From: Pyrinomonadaceae bacterium
Lineage (GTDB): Bacteria > Acidobacteriota > Blastocatellia > Pyrinomonadales > Pyrinomonadaceae
NCBI GenBank assembly: GCA_041749555.1
Contig: JBGTBC010000338.1
Span: forward strand, 5,057 to 69,056
DNA: 64,000 bases
Direction: 5' to 3'
Shown here: positions 17,269-25,534 of the stretch, piece by piece
How positions within the stretch are numbered: position 1 is the stretch's first letter
Layout: each line of letters opens with the position of its first letter
Made by a program: the position numbers and the translations under genes
Notes under the pieces: generated by a model
Told to the model about the DNA's origin: nothing
The model's input: only the letters and a program-made list of their open reading frames with translations
The model's database searches: none

Positions 17269-19719
17269 ATGGACACTTTCTACTCATCAACCTCCACCGC
17301 CGCAGCTCGCCAAACCGAAGACTCAGCCCAGACCACAATGCAGGTGCGCAAGCGTAACGGCTCGCTCGAACCGGTCGATATCAACAAGATCGTCCGGGCC
17401 ATCACGCGTTGCTGCTACAACCTGCCGTCTGTCGACAGCCTTCGGATCGCCACCAAAACCATCAGTGGACTGTATGACGGAGCCACCACCAGGGAACTGG
17501 ACAAACTCTCGATCCAAACGGCCGCTAGCCTAATATTTGAGGAGCCGGAATATTCGCGGCTCGGTGCCCGACTCCTCAACCAATACATCGAAAAAGAGGT
17601 ACGCAATCAGGAGATCCACTCGTTTTCTCAATCGATCGCTTTCGGCGTAAAAGAAGGGCTGATCGGCGAACGTGTCGCAAATTTTGTGATCGAAAACAGC
17701 CGCAAGCTGAACGACGCCATTGACCAGACGCGCAACGACCTTTTTGAGTTTTTCGGTCTGCGAACATTATATGATCGTTATTTGCTGAAGAATCCCGAAA
17801 CTCGCGATGTCATCGAAACACCGCAATTTTTCTGGATGCGAGTCGCCTGCGGACTGGCCGAGAACCCTTACGAGGCGATCGATCTGTATAACCTGTTTTC
17901 ATCGCTCGAGTACGTGCCGTCGACCCCGACGCTATTCAATTCCGGAACGCGTCACGAGCAGCTTTCATCATGTTTCCTTCTCGATTCTCCGCAGGACAGC
18001 CTTTACAGTATTTATAAAAAGTACTCAGACGTTGCAATGCTCTCGAAATTCTCCGGCGGCATCGGTATTGCCTATCACCGCGTCCGTTCGCAGGGCTCGC
18101 TGATCCGCGGCACTAACGGCCATTCAAACGGCATCGTGCCGTGGCTCAAAACCCTCGATTCGAGCGTTTCCGCCGTCAACCAGGGCGGCAAGCGAAAAGG
18201 GGCCTGCTGCGTTTACCTCGAAACCTGGCATGCTGATATCGATGATTTTCTTGAGCTTCGTGAAAACACGGGCGACGAGGCCCGCCGCACTCACAATCTG
18301 AATATCGCCAACTGGATCCCTGATCTCTTTATGAAGCGCGTCCAGGCCGACGGGCACTGGTCGCTATTCGATCCGAAAGTTGTGCCGCATTTTCCAGACC
18401 TTTACGGCGAGGAATTCGAGGCTGCGTACATAAAGGCGGAGGACGAAGGCCTCTTTGTCCGCCAGATACAGGCCCGCGATCTCTACGCCAAGATGATGCG
18501 GACCATGGCTCAAACTGGTAACGGCTGGATGACCTTTAAGGACGCAGCCAACCGCAAATCGAACCAGACCGGCCGCCCTGAGAATGTTATTCATCTTTCA
18601 AATCTTTGCACCGAGATCATCGAGGTCACGAGCGAAAATGAAACTGCTGTCTGTAACCTCGGATCGATCAACGCGGCACGGTATGTAAAATGGAACGCCG
18701 CCTTCCAGGCGGCGGATGGCCGGCAGGATGCCGGCGTTCCTGAGTTCGATTATGATAAGCTCCGCCGCAACGTCCGCCTCGCTGTCCGCCAGCTCGACAA
18801 GGTCATTGACCTCAATTATTACGCAATTCAAAGCACGACAGACAGTAACAATCGCTGGCGTAACATCGGCCTCGGCGTGATGGGTCTGCAGGACGTATTC
18901 TTCCAGCTTCGGCTGCCATTTGACAGCGATGAAGCGCGTAAGATCTCGGCAAAAATTCAGGAAGAGATCTACTTTTCGGCTCTCGACGCTTCATCTGATC
19001 TCGCTATCGAACGTGGTGTTCACCCGTCGTTTCCCGAAACGCGTGCGGCACTGGGTGATCTTCAGTTCGATTTCTGGGGTTTGACGCCCGATGACATGCC
19101 GCGTTGGGATGCGCTGCGTGAAAAGATCAAGGCGACCGGCCTGAGAAACAGCCTGATGATCGCCATCGCACCGACCGCGACGATCGCGTCGATCGCCGGA
19201 TGCTGCGAGTGCATAGAGCCTCAGGTGTCGAACCTGTTCAAACGCGAGACGCTCTCGGGCGATTTTGTCCAGATAAACAAATATCTTGTCAAAGAGCTAA
19301 AGGCCCTGAATCTCTGGAACGATGAGATCCGCAACAAGATCAAACTGAGCGAAGGCTCGGTCCAGGACATCGCCGAATTTAACGATGAGCTAAAAGCGAT
19401 CTACCGCACCGCATGGGAGATCCCGATGCGTTCGCTGATCGACATGGCCGCCGACCGCGGAGCCTTCATCGACCAAAGCCAATCGCTCAACCTATTCATG
19501 GAAAGCCCCAATATCGGCAAGCTTTCCTCGATGTATATGTACGCGTGGCAGAAAGGTTTGAAAACGACCTATTACTTGCGTTCGCGACCCGCGACCCGCA
19601 TCGCACAGGTCACCGCCGCCGAAACGCAAACAAGCGCCGAGCCAACGGTAACATACACCGATCAAGAAGCACTCGTCTGCTCGCTGGAGAATCCGGAGGC
19701 CTGCGAAGCTTGTCAGTAG
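17269..19719 (+). CDS. nrdA: ribonucleoside-diphosphate reductase alpha subunit (class I) with N-terminal ATP-cone
   Basis: ATP-cone MQVRKRNGSLEPVDINKIVRAI; NLCTEI active-site motif; C-terminal CxxxxxxCxxC tail. Start taken at the ATG at 17269, which has a GAGAGGAG Shine-Dalgarno sequence; the track ORF starts at 17143. Confidence 0.9.
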   Translation: MDTFYSSTSTAAARQTEDSAQTTMQVRKRNGSLEPVDINKIVRAITRCCYNLPSVDSLRIATKTISGLYDGATTRELDKLSIQTAASLIFEEPEYSRLGARLLNQYIEKEVRNQEIHSFSQSIAFGVKEGLIGERVANFVIENSRKLNDAIDQTRNDLFEFFGLRTLYDRYLLKNPETRDVIETPQFFWMRVACGLAENPYEAIDLYNLFSSLEYVPSTPTLFNSGTRHEQLSSCFLLDSPQDSLYSIYKKYSDVAMLSKFSGGIGIAYHRVRSQGSLIRGTNGHSNGIVPWLKTLDSSVSAVNQGGKRKGACCVYLETWHADIDDFLELRENTGDEARRTHNLNIANWIPDLFMKRVQADGHWSLFDPKVVPHFPDLYGEEFEAAYIKAEDEGLFVRQIQARDLYAKMMRTMAQTGNGWMTFKDAANRKSNQTGRPENVIHLSNLCTEIIEVTSENETAVCNLGSINAARYVKWNAAFQAADGRQDAGVPEFDYDKLRRNVRLAVRQLDKVIDLNYYAIQSTTDSNNRWRNIGLGVMGLQDVFFQLRLPFDSDEARKISAKIQEEIYFSALDASSDLAIERGVHPSFPETRAALGDLQFDFWGLTPDDMPRWDALREKIKATGLRNSLMIAIAPTATIASIAGCCECIEPQVSNLFKRETLSGDFVQINKYLVKELKALNLWNDEIRNKIKLSEGSVQDIAEFNDELKAIYRTAWEIPMRSLIDMAADRGAFIDQSQSLNLFMESPNIGKLSSMYMYAWQKGLKTTYYLRSRPATRIAQVTAAETQTSAEPTVTYTDQEALVCSLENPEACEACQ

Positions 19720-19729
19720 GGAAGAAAAT

Positions 19730-20728
19730 ATGCTCTTAGATCAAGGATTCAATTTAACATTACGCCCGATGAAGTATCCGCAGTTCTATGAGATGTATAA
19801 GAACGCGATCAAGAACACGTGGACCGTTGAAGAGGTCGATTTTTCGACCGATGTGATGGACCTGAAGAACAAGATGACGCCGTCTGAGCGGCATATGATC
19901 AATCGTCTTGTAGCATTTTTTGCTACGGGCGATTCCATCGTGTCCAATAACCTGGTCCTAAACCTCTACAAGCACATCAATTCGCCCGAGGCTCGAATGT
20001 ATCTGTCGCGACAGCTTTACGAAGAAGCTGTTCACGTACAGTTTTACCTAACGCTGCTGGATACGTATATCCCCAACCACCACGAACGCGAGCAGGCGTT
20101 TGCGGCGGTCGAGAACATTCCGTCGATAAAGAAAAAGGCCGAGTTTTGCTTTAAGTGGATCGATTCCATCAATGAGCTTGACGCTCTGACAACTCGTGAT
20201 GAGCGAAAGCAATTCCTGCTCAACCTGATCTGCTTCGCGGCCTGCATCGAGGGGCTGTTCTTTTTCGCGGCGTTTGCATACGTATATTTTCTGCGTTCGA
20301 AAGGGCTGCTCCACGGCCTCGCGGCTGGTACAAATTGGGTATTTCGCGACGAATCGGCCCATATGGCGTTCGCCCTTGAGGTCGTGAAAAAGGTGCGGGA
20401 CGAGGAACCCGAGCTTTTTGACGAACACCTCAACCGCCAGATCGTCGAAATGATCGACGAAGCCGTCACCTGCGAAATGCAGTTTGCCGAGGACATTCTT
20501 TCAGGCGGCATCTCAGGCCTGTCGGTCGCGGACATGCGTCAATATCTGGAATTCATCGCCGACCAGCGTCTGGTAATGCTCGGTCTGCAGCGCGTCTACG
20601 GTGCGAAGAACCCATTCTCATTCATGGACCTCCAAGACGTGCAGGAACTCGCCAACTTCTTCGAACGCCGCGTCTCCGCCTACCAGGTCGCCGTAGCCGG
20701 AGAAGTGAGTTTTAGTGAGACGTTTTGA
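19730..20728 (+). CDS. nrdB: ribonucleoside-diphosphate reductase beta subunit
   Basis: Ferritin-like di-iron motifs are present. EEAVHVQFY aligns with the E-x-x-H-x-x-x-Y radical-tyrosine motif, and a second ExxH occurs (DESAHMAF). Confidence 0.9.
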   Translation: MLLDQGFNLTLRPMKYPQFYEMYKNAIKNTWTVEEVDFSTDVMDLKNKMTPSERHMINRLVAFFATGDSIVSNNLVLNLYKHINSPEARMYLSRQLYEEAVHVQFYLTLLDTYIPNHHEREQAFAAVENIPSIKKKAEFCFKWIDSINELDALTTRDERKQFLLNLICFAACIEGLFFFAAFAYVYFLRSKGLLHGLAAGTNWVFRDESAHMAFALEVVKKVRDEEPELFDEHLNRQIVEMIDEAVTCEMQFAEDILSGGISGLSVADMRQYLEFIADQRLVMLGLQRVYGAKNPFSFMDLQDVQELANFFERRVSAYQVAVAGEVSFSETF

Positions 20729-20889
20729 TTGGAGTCGCTCGATAATCGACTCGGGAGGCAGTCAGCACAAAAAAGCGCTTTCCTCAAGCAAAATCACATT
20801 TTGATCAAATCTTGGCCGCTCCATTGAGCCGCGCCAGTTCTTCATCGAGAGGGATATTTCCTTATTTCATGTCAATTGCCGGTAATCCG

Positions 20890-21798
20890 CTACTTGAGCA
20901 GTTGCTTAAGTCGGTCAGCTATATTCTCGACTCTTTTCTGCTGCTGGGAAGAATGGTCTTTGATAATTACTACATTTTTTCCAATGGTGATTATCGCCTC
21001 GTGACCCCGGACAGGCAGCGGGATGGTTATCGACGTCTGTCCTGAGGTGATAGGCAACGGAGAAACCCCGTTAGGCGTTTTGCGACGATCCATCTCGGCC
21101 TTAGCTGTCTCCGCGTCCCTATATGTCAGAATTGAAATAGAGAGGGTCCCTCTCGGATCACCATGGGGGGTGTTTTGAAAGGCCTTGTCCAGAACCGTAA
21201 ACAGCTCTCGACCGACCAAATATTCATTTTCATGATCTTGCTCCCATCCTGAGTCTGAATAGACTTTCAAGGTCTCATGGTCAAATGTTATCGCCTTGTC
21301 CGTTCCTTCAAGAGCCTCGATGATCCTCGCAACCTGTTGAGTAGACTGCTGATCCGGCCTCGAAATCCGCCACTGTCGCATAAAGACCGTGTACATCCCG
21401 TCTTTCGGCGCGATCCACAGATAAAACTCGCCGGCCACGTGGACGTAAGCTTCATCTTTAGAGCTCTGATACACCTGAGTTCGGAGACTTAGGTAAGGGT
21501 CGTCCCCTTTCCGTTCGGATATTCCTTTTATCCATCCCTTCTTGGTCAGAGCATTGGAAAAAAACGCGATCACGTGTTCCTTGTCCAATGGGCTGTTCTC
21601 CTTTGTCTTGTAAACCCGCGTGACTATTGCAAATGGGGAATGAAGTAAATTTAGGGACGATGAGTGACTGTTGAAAGGCTCCATCCCAGGGTATTCAGGA
21701 ATTTGAAACACATAGCGCGGAGCCTCCTGAGCGGCAGTAGAAAAAGCGAGGGATAGTGCCAGGATATGCCCGAATATGAGTACTCTCTTGATAGTCAT
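20890..21798 (-). CDS. exported hypothetical protein
   Basis: 302 aa with a signal peptide MTIKRVLIFGHILALSLAFSTAAQ. No recognisable family. Confidence 0.55.
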   Translation of the reverse strand: MTIKRVLIFGHILALSLAFSTAAQEAPRYVFQIPEYPGMEPFNSHSSSLNLLHSPFAIVTRVYKTKENSPLDKEHVIAFFSNALTKKGWIKGISERKGDDPYLSLRTQVYQSSKDEAYVHVAGEFYLWIAPKDGMYTVFMRQWRISRPDQQSTQQVARIIEALEGTDKAITFDHETLKVYSDSGWEQDHENEYLVGRELFTVLDKAFQNTPHGDPRGTLSISILTYRDAETAKAEMDRRKTPNGVSPLPITSGQTSITIPLPVRGHEAIITIGKNVVIIKDHSSQQQKRVENIADRLKQLLK

Positions 21799-21974
21799 CG
21801 TTCCTCCATTTGGCGTACGAGCACCAGTACAAATGTTTCCACGCTATGATTTCCCGAATTGCGGCAAGGTGCTGAATGTTTCTATCTGGTTCTTAGATGT
21901 GAACAAACCAAAAAAGGCGGTATCGAGCGTTCCGCCGTTTCCGAGGCACTATGATTCACCTTATGAGGTTCGAT

Positions 21975-22412
21975 TTACTCATATGTCTTTCCACGATGCT
22001 TGACCCACCCGCCGACGTGCCGTCCGGCCTGGTCGTGATGTGTCCAATGGATCAGCCCGCCTTGCTCGTTCCAGACATACTCTCCGAAAAAGCTGACTGC
22101 GTCGCCAACTTTTATCTCAGCTATCCTAGGAGCAAGATCTATGTTGTGCTGGATCAGGACCGTCCGCCCCGAGGCAATCCGAACGATGAACCGCTGATGC
22201 CGCGAACCCTCCTGGTCGTCCGATAAAATTCGCGTGACGACGCCCTCGCCCTCGACCTGAACATCATTTTTGCGCTGCTCAAATGCTTTTGCGACCGATG
22301 CTTTGTCTACCGTCTCTTCCGGCAAACCCGTCGGCGCGCAGGCGGCGATCGCTCCGATAAATATGGGTACAAGGATTATCAGTCCCGCAATTCGAATTTG
22401 GCCAATTTTCAT
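21975..22412 (-). CDS. DUF3465 family protein (membrane-anchored or lipoprotein)
   Basis: Contains QEGSRHQRFIVRIASGRTVLIQHNIDLAPRI...GEYVWNEQGGLIHWTHHD, the characteristic DUF3465 core. Confidence 0.75.
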   Translation of the reverse strand: MKIGQIRIAGLIILVPIFIGAIAACAPTGLPEETVDKASVAKAFEQRKNDVQVEGEGVVTRILSDDQEGSRHQRFIVRIASGRTVLIQHNIDLAPRIAEIKVGDAVSFFGEYVWNEQGGLIHWTHHDQAGRHVGGWVKHRGKTYE

Positions 22413-22870
22413 ACGCTATCAATATCACCACACGCTTTTTCTGACTAACGATTCCGAGCCATTCCGATGGCTCCCGTTCCCGGGCCGCCGCCGGTCGAAA
22501 AGAATACTTCGATTTGTATTATGCCTTATGGGTTTTCGACTTATCGAATAGCTTTCTCATACGGCGAAGCGTTTCATGTTATAATGTTGCACGCATTGCA
22601 CGATGTATAATACATTGTATGATCCGCTAATTTGGTAGAAGTTATGGGACACTAGGAAATTAAGGTAACTATATACAGATGAATAGGTTACCTGACCACA
22701 GAATGTCCCGCCCTGGGACAAAAACGTGCTGATTTGAATTTTTCTTGCCCCCGAAAGTAAGATCATTGATCTTGGAAAATCTTTTGTGAACCGTCCAACG
22801 GAAGTATTTCGGTTGGGCTTACGCGTTCGAAAGTCGCGGTCTTTTTCCTTATACTGTCGCGGAACTTATA

Positions 22871-23857
22871 ATGTTGTTTATGAACAATCAGGTTACCGAT
22901 TTTATTAAACATCACTATCGCCATTTTAATGCGGCGGCTTTGATCGACGCGGCTGAGGGGTACGTGCAGCACTTAAGCGGCGGCGGGAAGATGATGATAA
23001 CGCTCGCGGGGGCGATGTCGACGGCGGAGTTGGGATTGAGCCTGGCGGAGATGATCAGGCAGGATAAGGTGCAGATCATCTCCTGCACCGGGGCGAACCT
23101 CGAGGAAGACCTGTTCAACCTGGTCGCGCACGATTTCTACGAACGCGTTCCCCATTATCGTGACCTGACGCCTGAAGACGAGCAGCGGTTGCTAGACCGC
23201 CACATGAATCGCGTAACCGATACATGCATCCCCGAGCACGAAGCTATGCGTCGTCTCGAAAAAGCGATGGTCGAGGTCTGGACCCGTGCCGAGGCCGAGG
23301 GTGAGCGCTACTTCCCGCACGAATTTATGTATCAGGTGCTGAAGAACGGTTCGCTCGAGGAGTATTACCAGATCGACCTGAAAGACAGCTGGATGTACGC
23401 CGCGATGGAGAAAAACCTGCCGATGGTCGTGCCCGGCTGGGAAGACTCGACGATGGGCAATATGTTCGCCGGCCACGTGATCAGCGGCGACATCGAGAAC
23501 GTCCATACCGTCCGCACCGGTATCGAATACATGACGATGCTTGCCGATTGGTACACAAACAACGCCACCGACGATTCCACCATCGGCTTTTTCCAAATAG
23601 GCGGCGGCATCGCGGGCGATTTCCCGATCTGCGTCGTCCCGATGCTCCACCAGGACCTGCAACGCGAAGGCGTCCCCGTCTGGGGCTACTTCTGCCAGAT
23701 CAGTGATTCGACAACCAGCTACGGCTCCTACTCCGGCGCCGTCCCCAACGAAAAAATAACCTGGGGCAAGCTTGAGGCGAGCACGCCGAAATTCATTGTG
23801 GAATCGGACGCATCGATCGTCGCTCCGCTAATGTTTGCTTATATTTTGGGCTGGTAA
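22871..23857 (+). CDS. deoxyhypusine synthase-like protein (DHS / homospermidine-synthase-like family)
   Basis: 328 aa. Contains ITLAGAMSTAELG...IISCTGANLEEDLF...FFQIGGGIAGDFP, typical of bacterial DHS-like proteins. An alternative ATG lies at 22880. Confidence 0.75.
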   Translation: MLFMNNQVTDFIKHHYRHFNAAALIDAAEGYVQHLSGGGKMMITLAGAMSTAELGLSLAEMIRQDKVQIISCTGANLEEDLFNLVAHDFYERVPHYRDLTPEDEQRLLDRHMNRVTDTCIPEHEAMRRLEKAMVEVWTRAEAEGERYFPHEFMYQVLKNGSLEEYYQIDLKDSWMYAAMEKNLPMVVPGWEDSTMGNMFAGHVISGDIENVHTVRTGIEYMTMLADWYTNNATDDSTIGFFQIGGGIAGDFPICVVPMLHQDLQREGVPVWGYFCQISDSTTSYGSYSGAVPNEKITWGKLEASTPKFIVESDASIVAPLMFAYILGW

Positions 23858-23911
23858 TCAGCACAGGGTTCTGCCGCGATCACGATTGACCCGCGATGTT
23901 ATAATTCCGTT

Positions 23912-24136
23912 ATGACTGTACAGACAATACCCGATCTCGATGAAATGACCGCAGCTCAGCAGATCGAGCTGATGGAAGCTCTTTGGAAAAGCATGAGTGA
24001 GAGGAATCTTAATGGCGAGCCGCCGGAATGGCATCGACAGTATCTCGCCGACCGTGAAAAGGCACTTGCGAATGGCGAAGACACATTCATCAGCCTCGAC
24101 GAATTTGAGGCCGACATCCGAACCAAAGTGAAATGA
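23912..24136 (+). CDS. putative addiction-module antitoxin (Unstab_antitox-like)
   Basis: 74 aa. LDEMTAAQQIELMEALWKSM...WHRQYLADREKALANGED is the usual pattern for this antitoxin family. Its stop overlaps the toxin start by 4 nt. Confidence 0.7.
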   Translation: MTVQTIPDLDEMTAAQQIELMEALWKSMSERNLNGEPPEWHRQYLADREKALANGEDTFISLDEFEADIRTKVK

Positions 24137-24438
24137 AGATCCGTATACTTCGATCCGCAAGGCGCACGATTGCCGACGGGATCAGGTTCTATGAGAACCT
24201 CGAAGAGGGACTGGGAGCTTATTTTCTAAACTCAATAATGGCAGATCTTCGTTCGATGAGCATCTACGCTGGGGTTCATCAAAAGTACGAATATACATAC
24301 TACAGAATGGTCTGCAAACGATTCCCATATTCGATCTACTATCAAATGGATGATTCTACCGTGAATGTTTACGCGGTTCTCGACGACCGCCGAGACCCGA
24401 AAAGGGCGGAATACCTCCTCGATGAGATCGGGGAATAA
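24133..24438 (+). CDS. type II toxin, RelE/ParE family
   Basis: 101 aa. Contains A..D....FYE... YRMVCKRFPYSIYYQMDDSTVNVYAVLDDRRDP, a ParE/RelE-type C-terminus. Confidence 0.75.
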   Translation: MKIRILRSARRTIADGIRFYENLEEGLGAYFLNSIMADLRSMSIYAGVHQKYEYTYYRMVCKRFPYSIYYQMDDSTVNVYAVLDDRRDPKRAEYLLDEIGE

Positions 24439-24825
24439 TTGCTGGAACGCATCTATCCTCGCCCCGTTGATGTTTGCCTTCATTTTGGGATGCTAATGAT
24501 TGATGTTATAGATAAGCGTGCTGGCGTCGAGCGGATTGATCCTGAGCCCGGATCACACGTAGGAATTGCACTGCAAACGCTTGGAGCGATGCCTATCAAT
24601 GGTCTTCGGCATCCTTTCTATTAGGACTCAAATGGCTGGTTCATTTGGTGCGGTGAATACTATGAGGATGACGACTTTTTTCAGCCGCTTCACGTCGAAC
24701 ATCTGACCGAATTCCTGCCGCAAGTTCTGAAGTACCTTTCTCTTCCGCCAGGATATCGGTTCCTGATTGACGATTCGGGACACGAAGACATCTGGTACGA
24801 TGAATCGCTTTTGGATGTCGAATGA
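24439..24825 (+). pseudogene. immunity-protein-like gene (Imm33-like, name from memory) interrupted by an in-frame TAG
   Basis: The track ORF 24439-24624 ends ...GAMPINGLRHPFY*. The same frame continues [66 protein letters not shown] (stop at 24823-24825). Read together they form one conserved domain. Confidence 0.55.
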
Positions 24826-24842
24826 CGGAACACGTCGATGTC

Positions 24843-25199
24843 CTAGCTATCGGTGGAGGCAAAACGGATTCTAGTTTCTGTGACGGTTAAAAACTGCCCC
24901 GGGAGTTTCTCACCGTAGTTTTCCAGAACTTGATTCAAAACAGTGATCTTATTTGATGACCGTTCGTTCGCAAGGCGTAGGAAGATCACTCCGTGATGGG
25001 GTCGGCGTTCGCGAAATATCATTTCGCCAAAATCCTTGTCATTGGTTATAAGTATCCAATTTTCATCAGAAGCTTTGGCTAATAGGTCGTCATCCGAGGT
25101 TCCGGCGGCGTTGTCAAACACCGAAAAAACCTCATGACCGAGGCCTTTCAACCATTTGGCGACCGCCGGGCCGGTACATTCGTCAACGAGAAAACGCAC
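24843..25199 (-). CDS. DUF5615 PIN-like protein (putative toxin of a DUF433/DUF5615 pair)
   Basis: Starts MRFLVDECTGPAVAKWL and contains ...ILITNDKDFGE; 118 aa. It directly abuts the upstream DUF433 gene. Confidence 0.75.
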   Translation of the reverse strand: MRFLVDECTGPAVAKWLKGLGHEVFSVFDNAAGTSDDDLLAKASDENWILITNDKDFGEMIFRERRPHHGVIFLRLANERSSNKITVLNQVLENYGEKLPGQFLTVTETRIRFASTDS

Positions 25200-25448
25200 T
25201 TAGGCAGGCTCCACGACAAGCGGCATAAATTCGGTTCGGCTTAAAGATTCGCCGGCGAAAAGGAGGCAGGCTTTGATATCGTCGGGGGTCAACCCGTCAT
25301 ACTCATCAAGGATCTCAGCGGTCGTTGCTCCGTGTGCCAATAGGTTAAGTATGAACTCCACAGAGAGCCGCGTTCCCTTTATGACAGGCTTACCCGCTAA
25401 GACCTTAGGGTCAAGAGTTATTCGTTTAAGAAGTTCCTGATCATTCAT
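25200..25448 (-). CDS. DUF433 domain protein (putative antitoxin)
   Basis: Contains ITLDPKVLAGKPVIKGTRLSVEFILNLLAHGATTAEILDEY, the canonical DUF433 pattern. Confidence 0.8.
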   Translation of the reverse strand: MNDQELLKRITLDPKVLAGKPVIKGTRLSVEFILNLLAHGATTAEILDEYDGLTPDDIKACLLFAGESLSRTEFMPLVVEPA

Positions 25449-25534
25449 GATATCGGTATTATATACCGTAATTGTTGGTTTTGAGGATAATTGTTAGTTG
25501 CGGCTGAAGTCGCCATTTTTGATAGTCCGAATCT

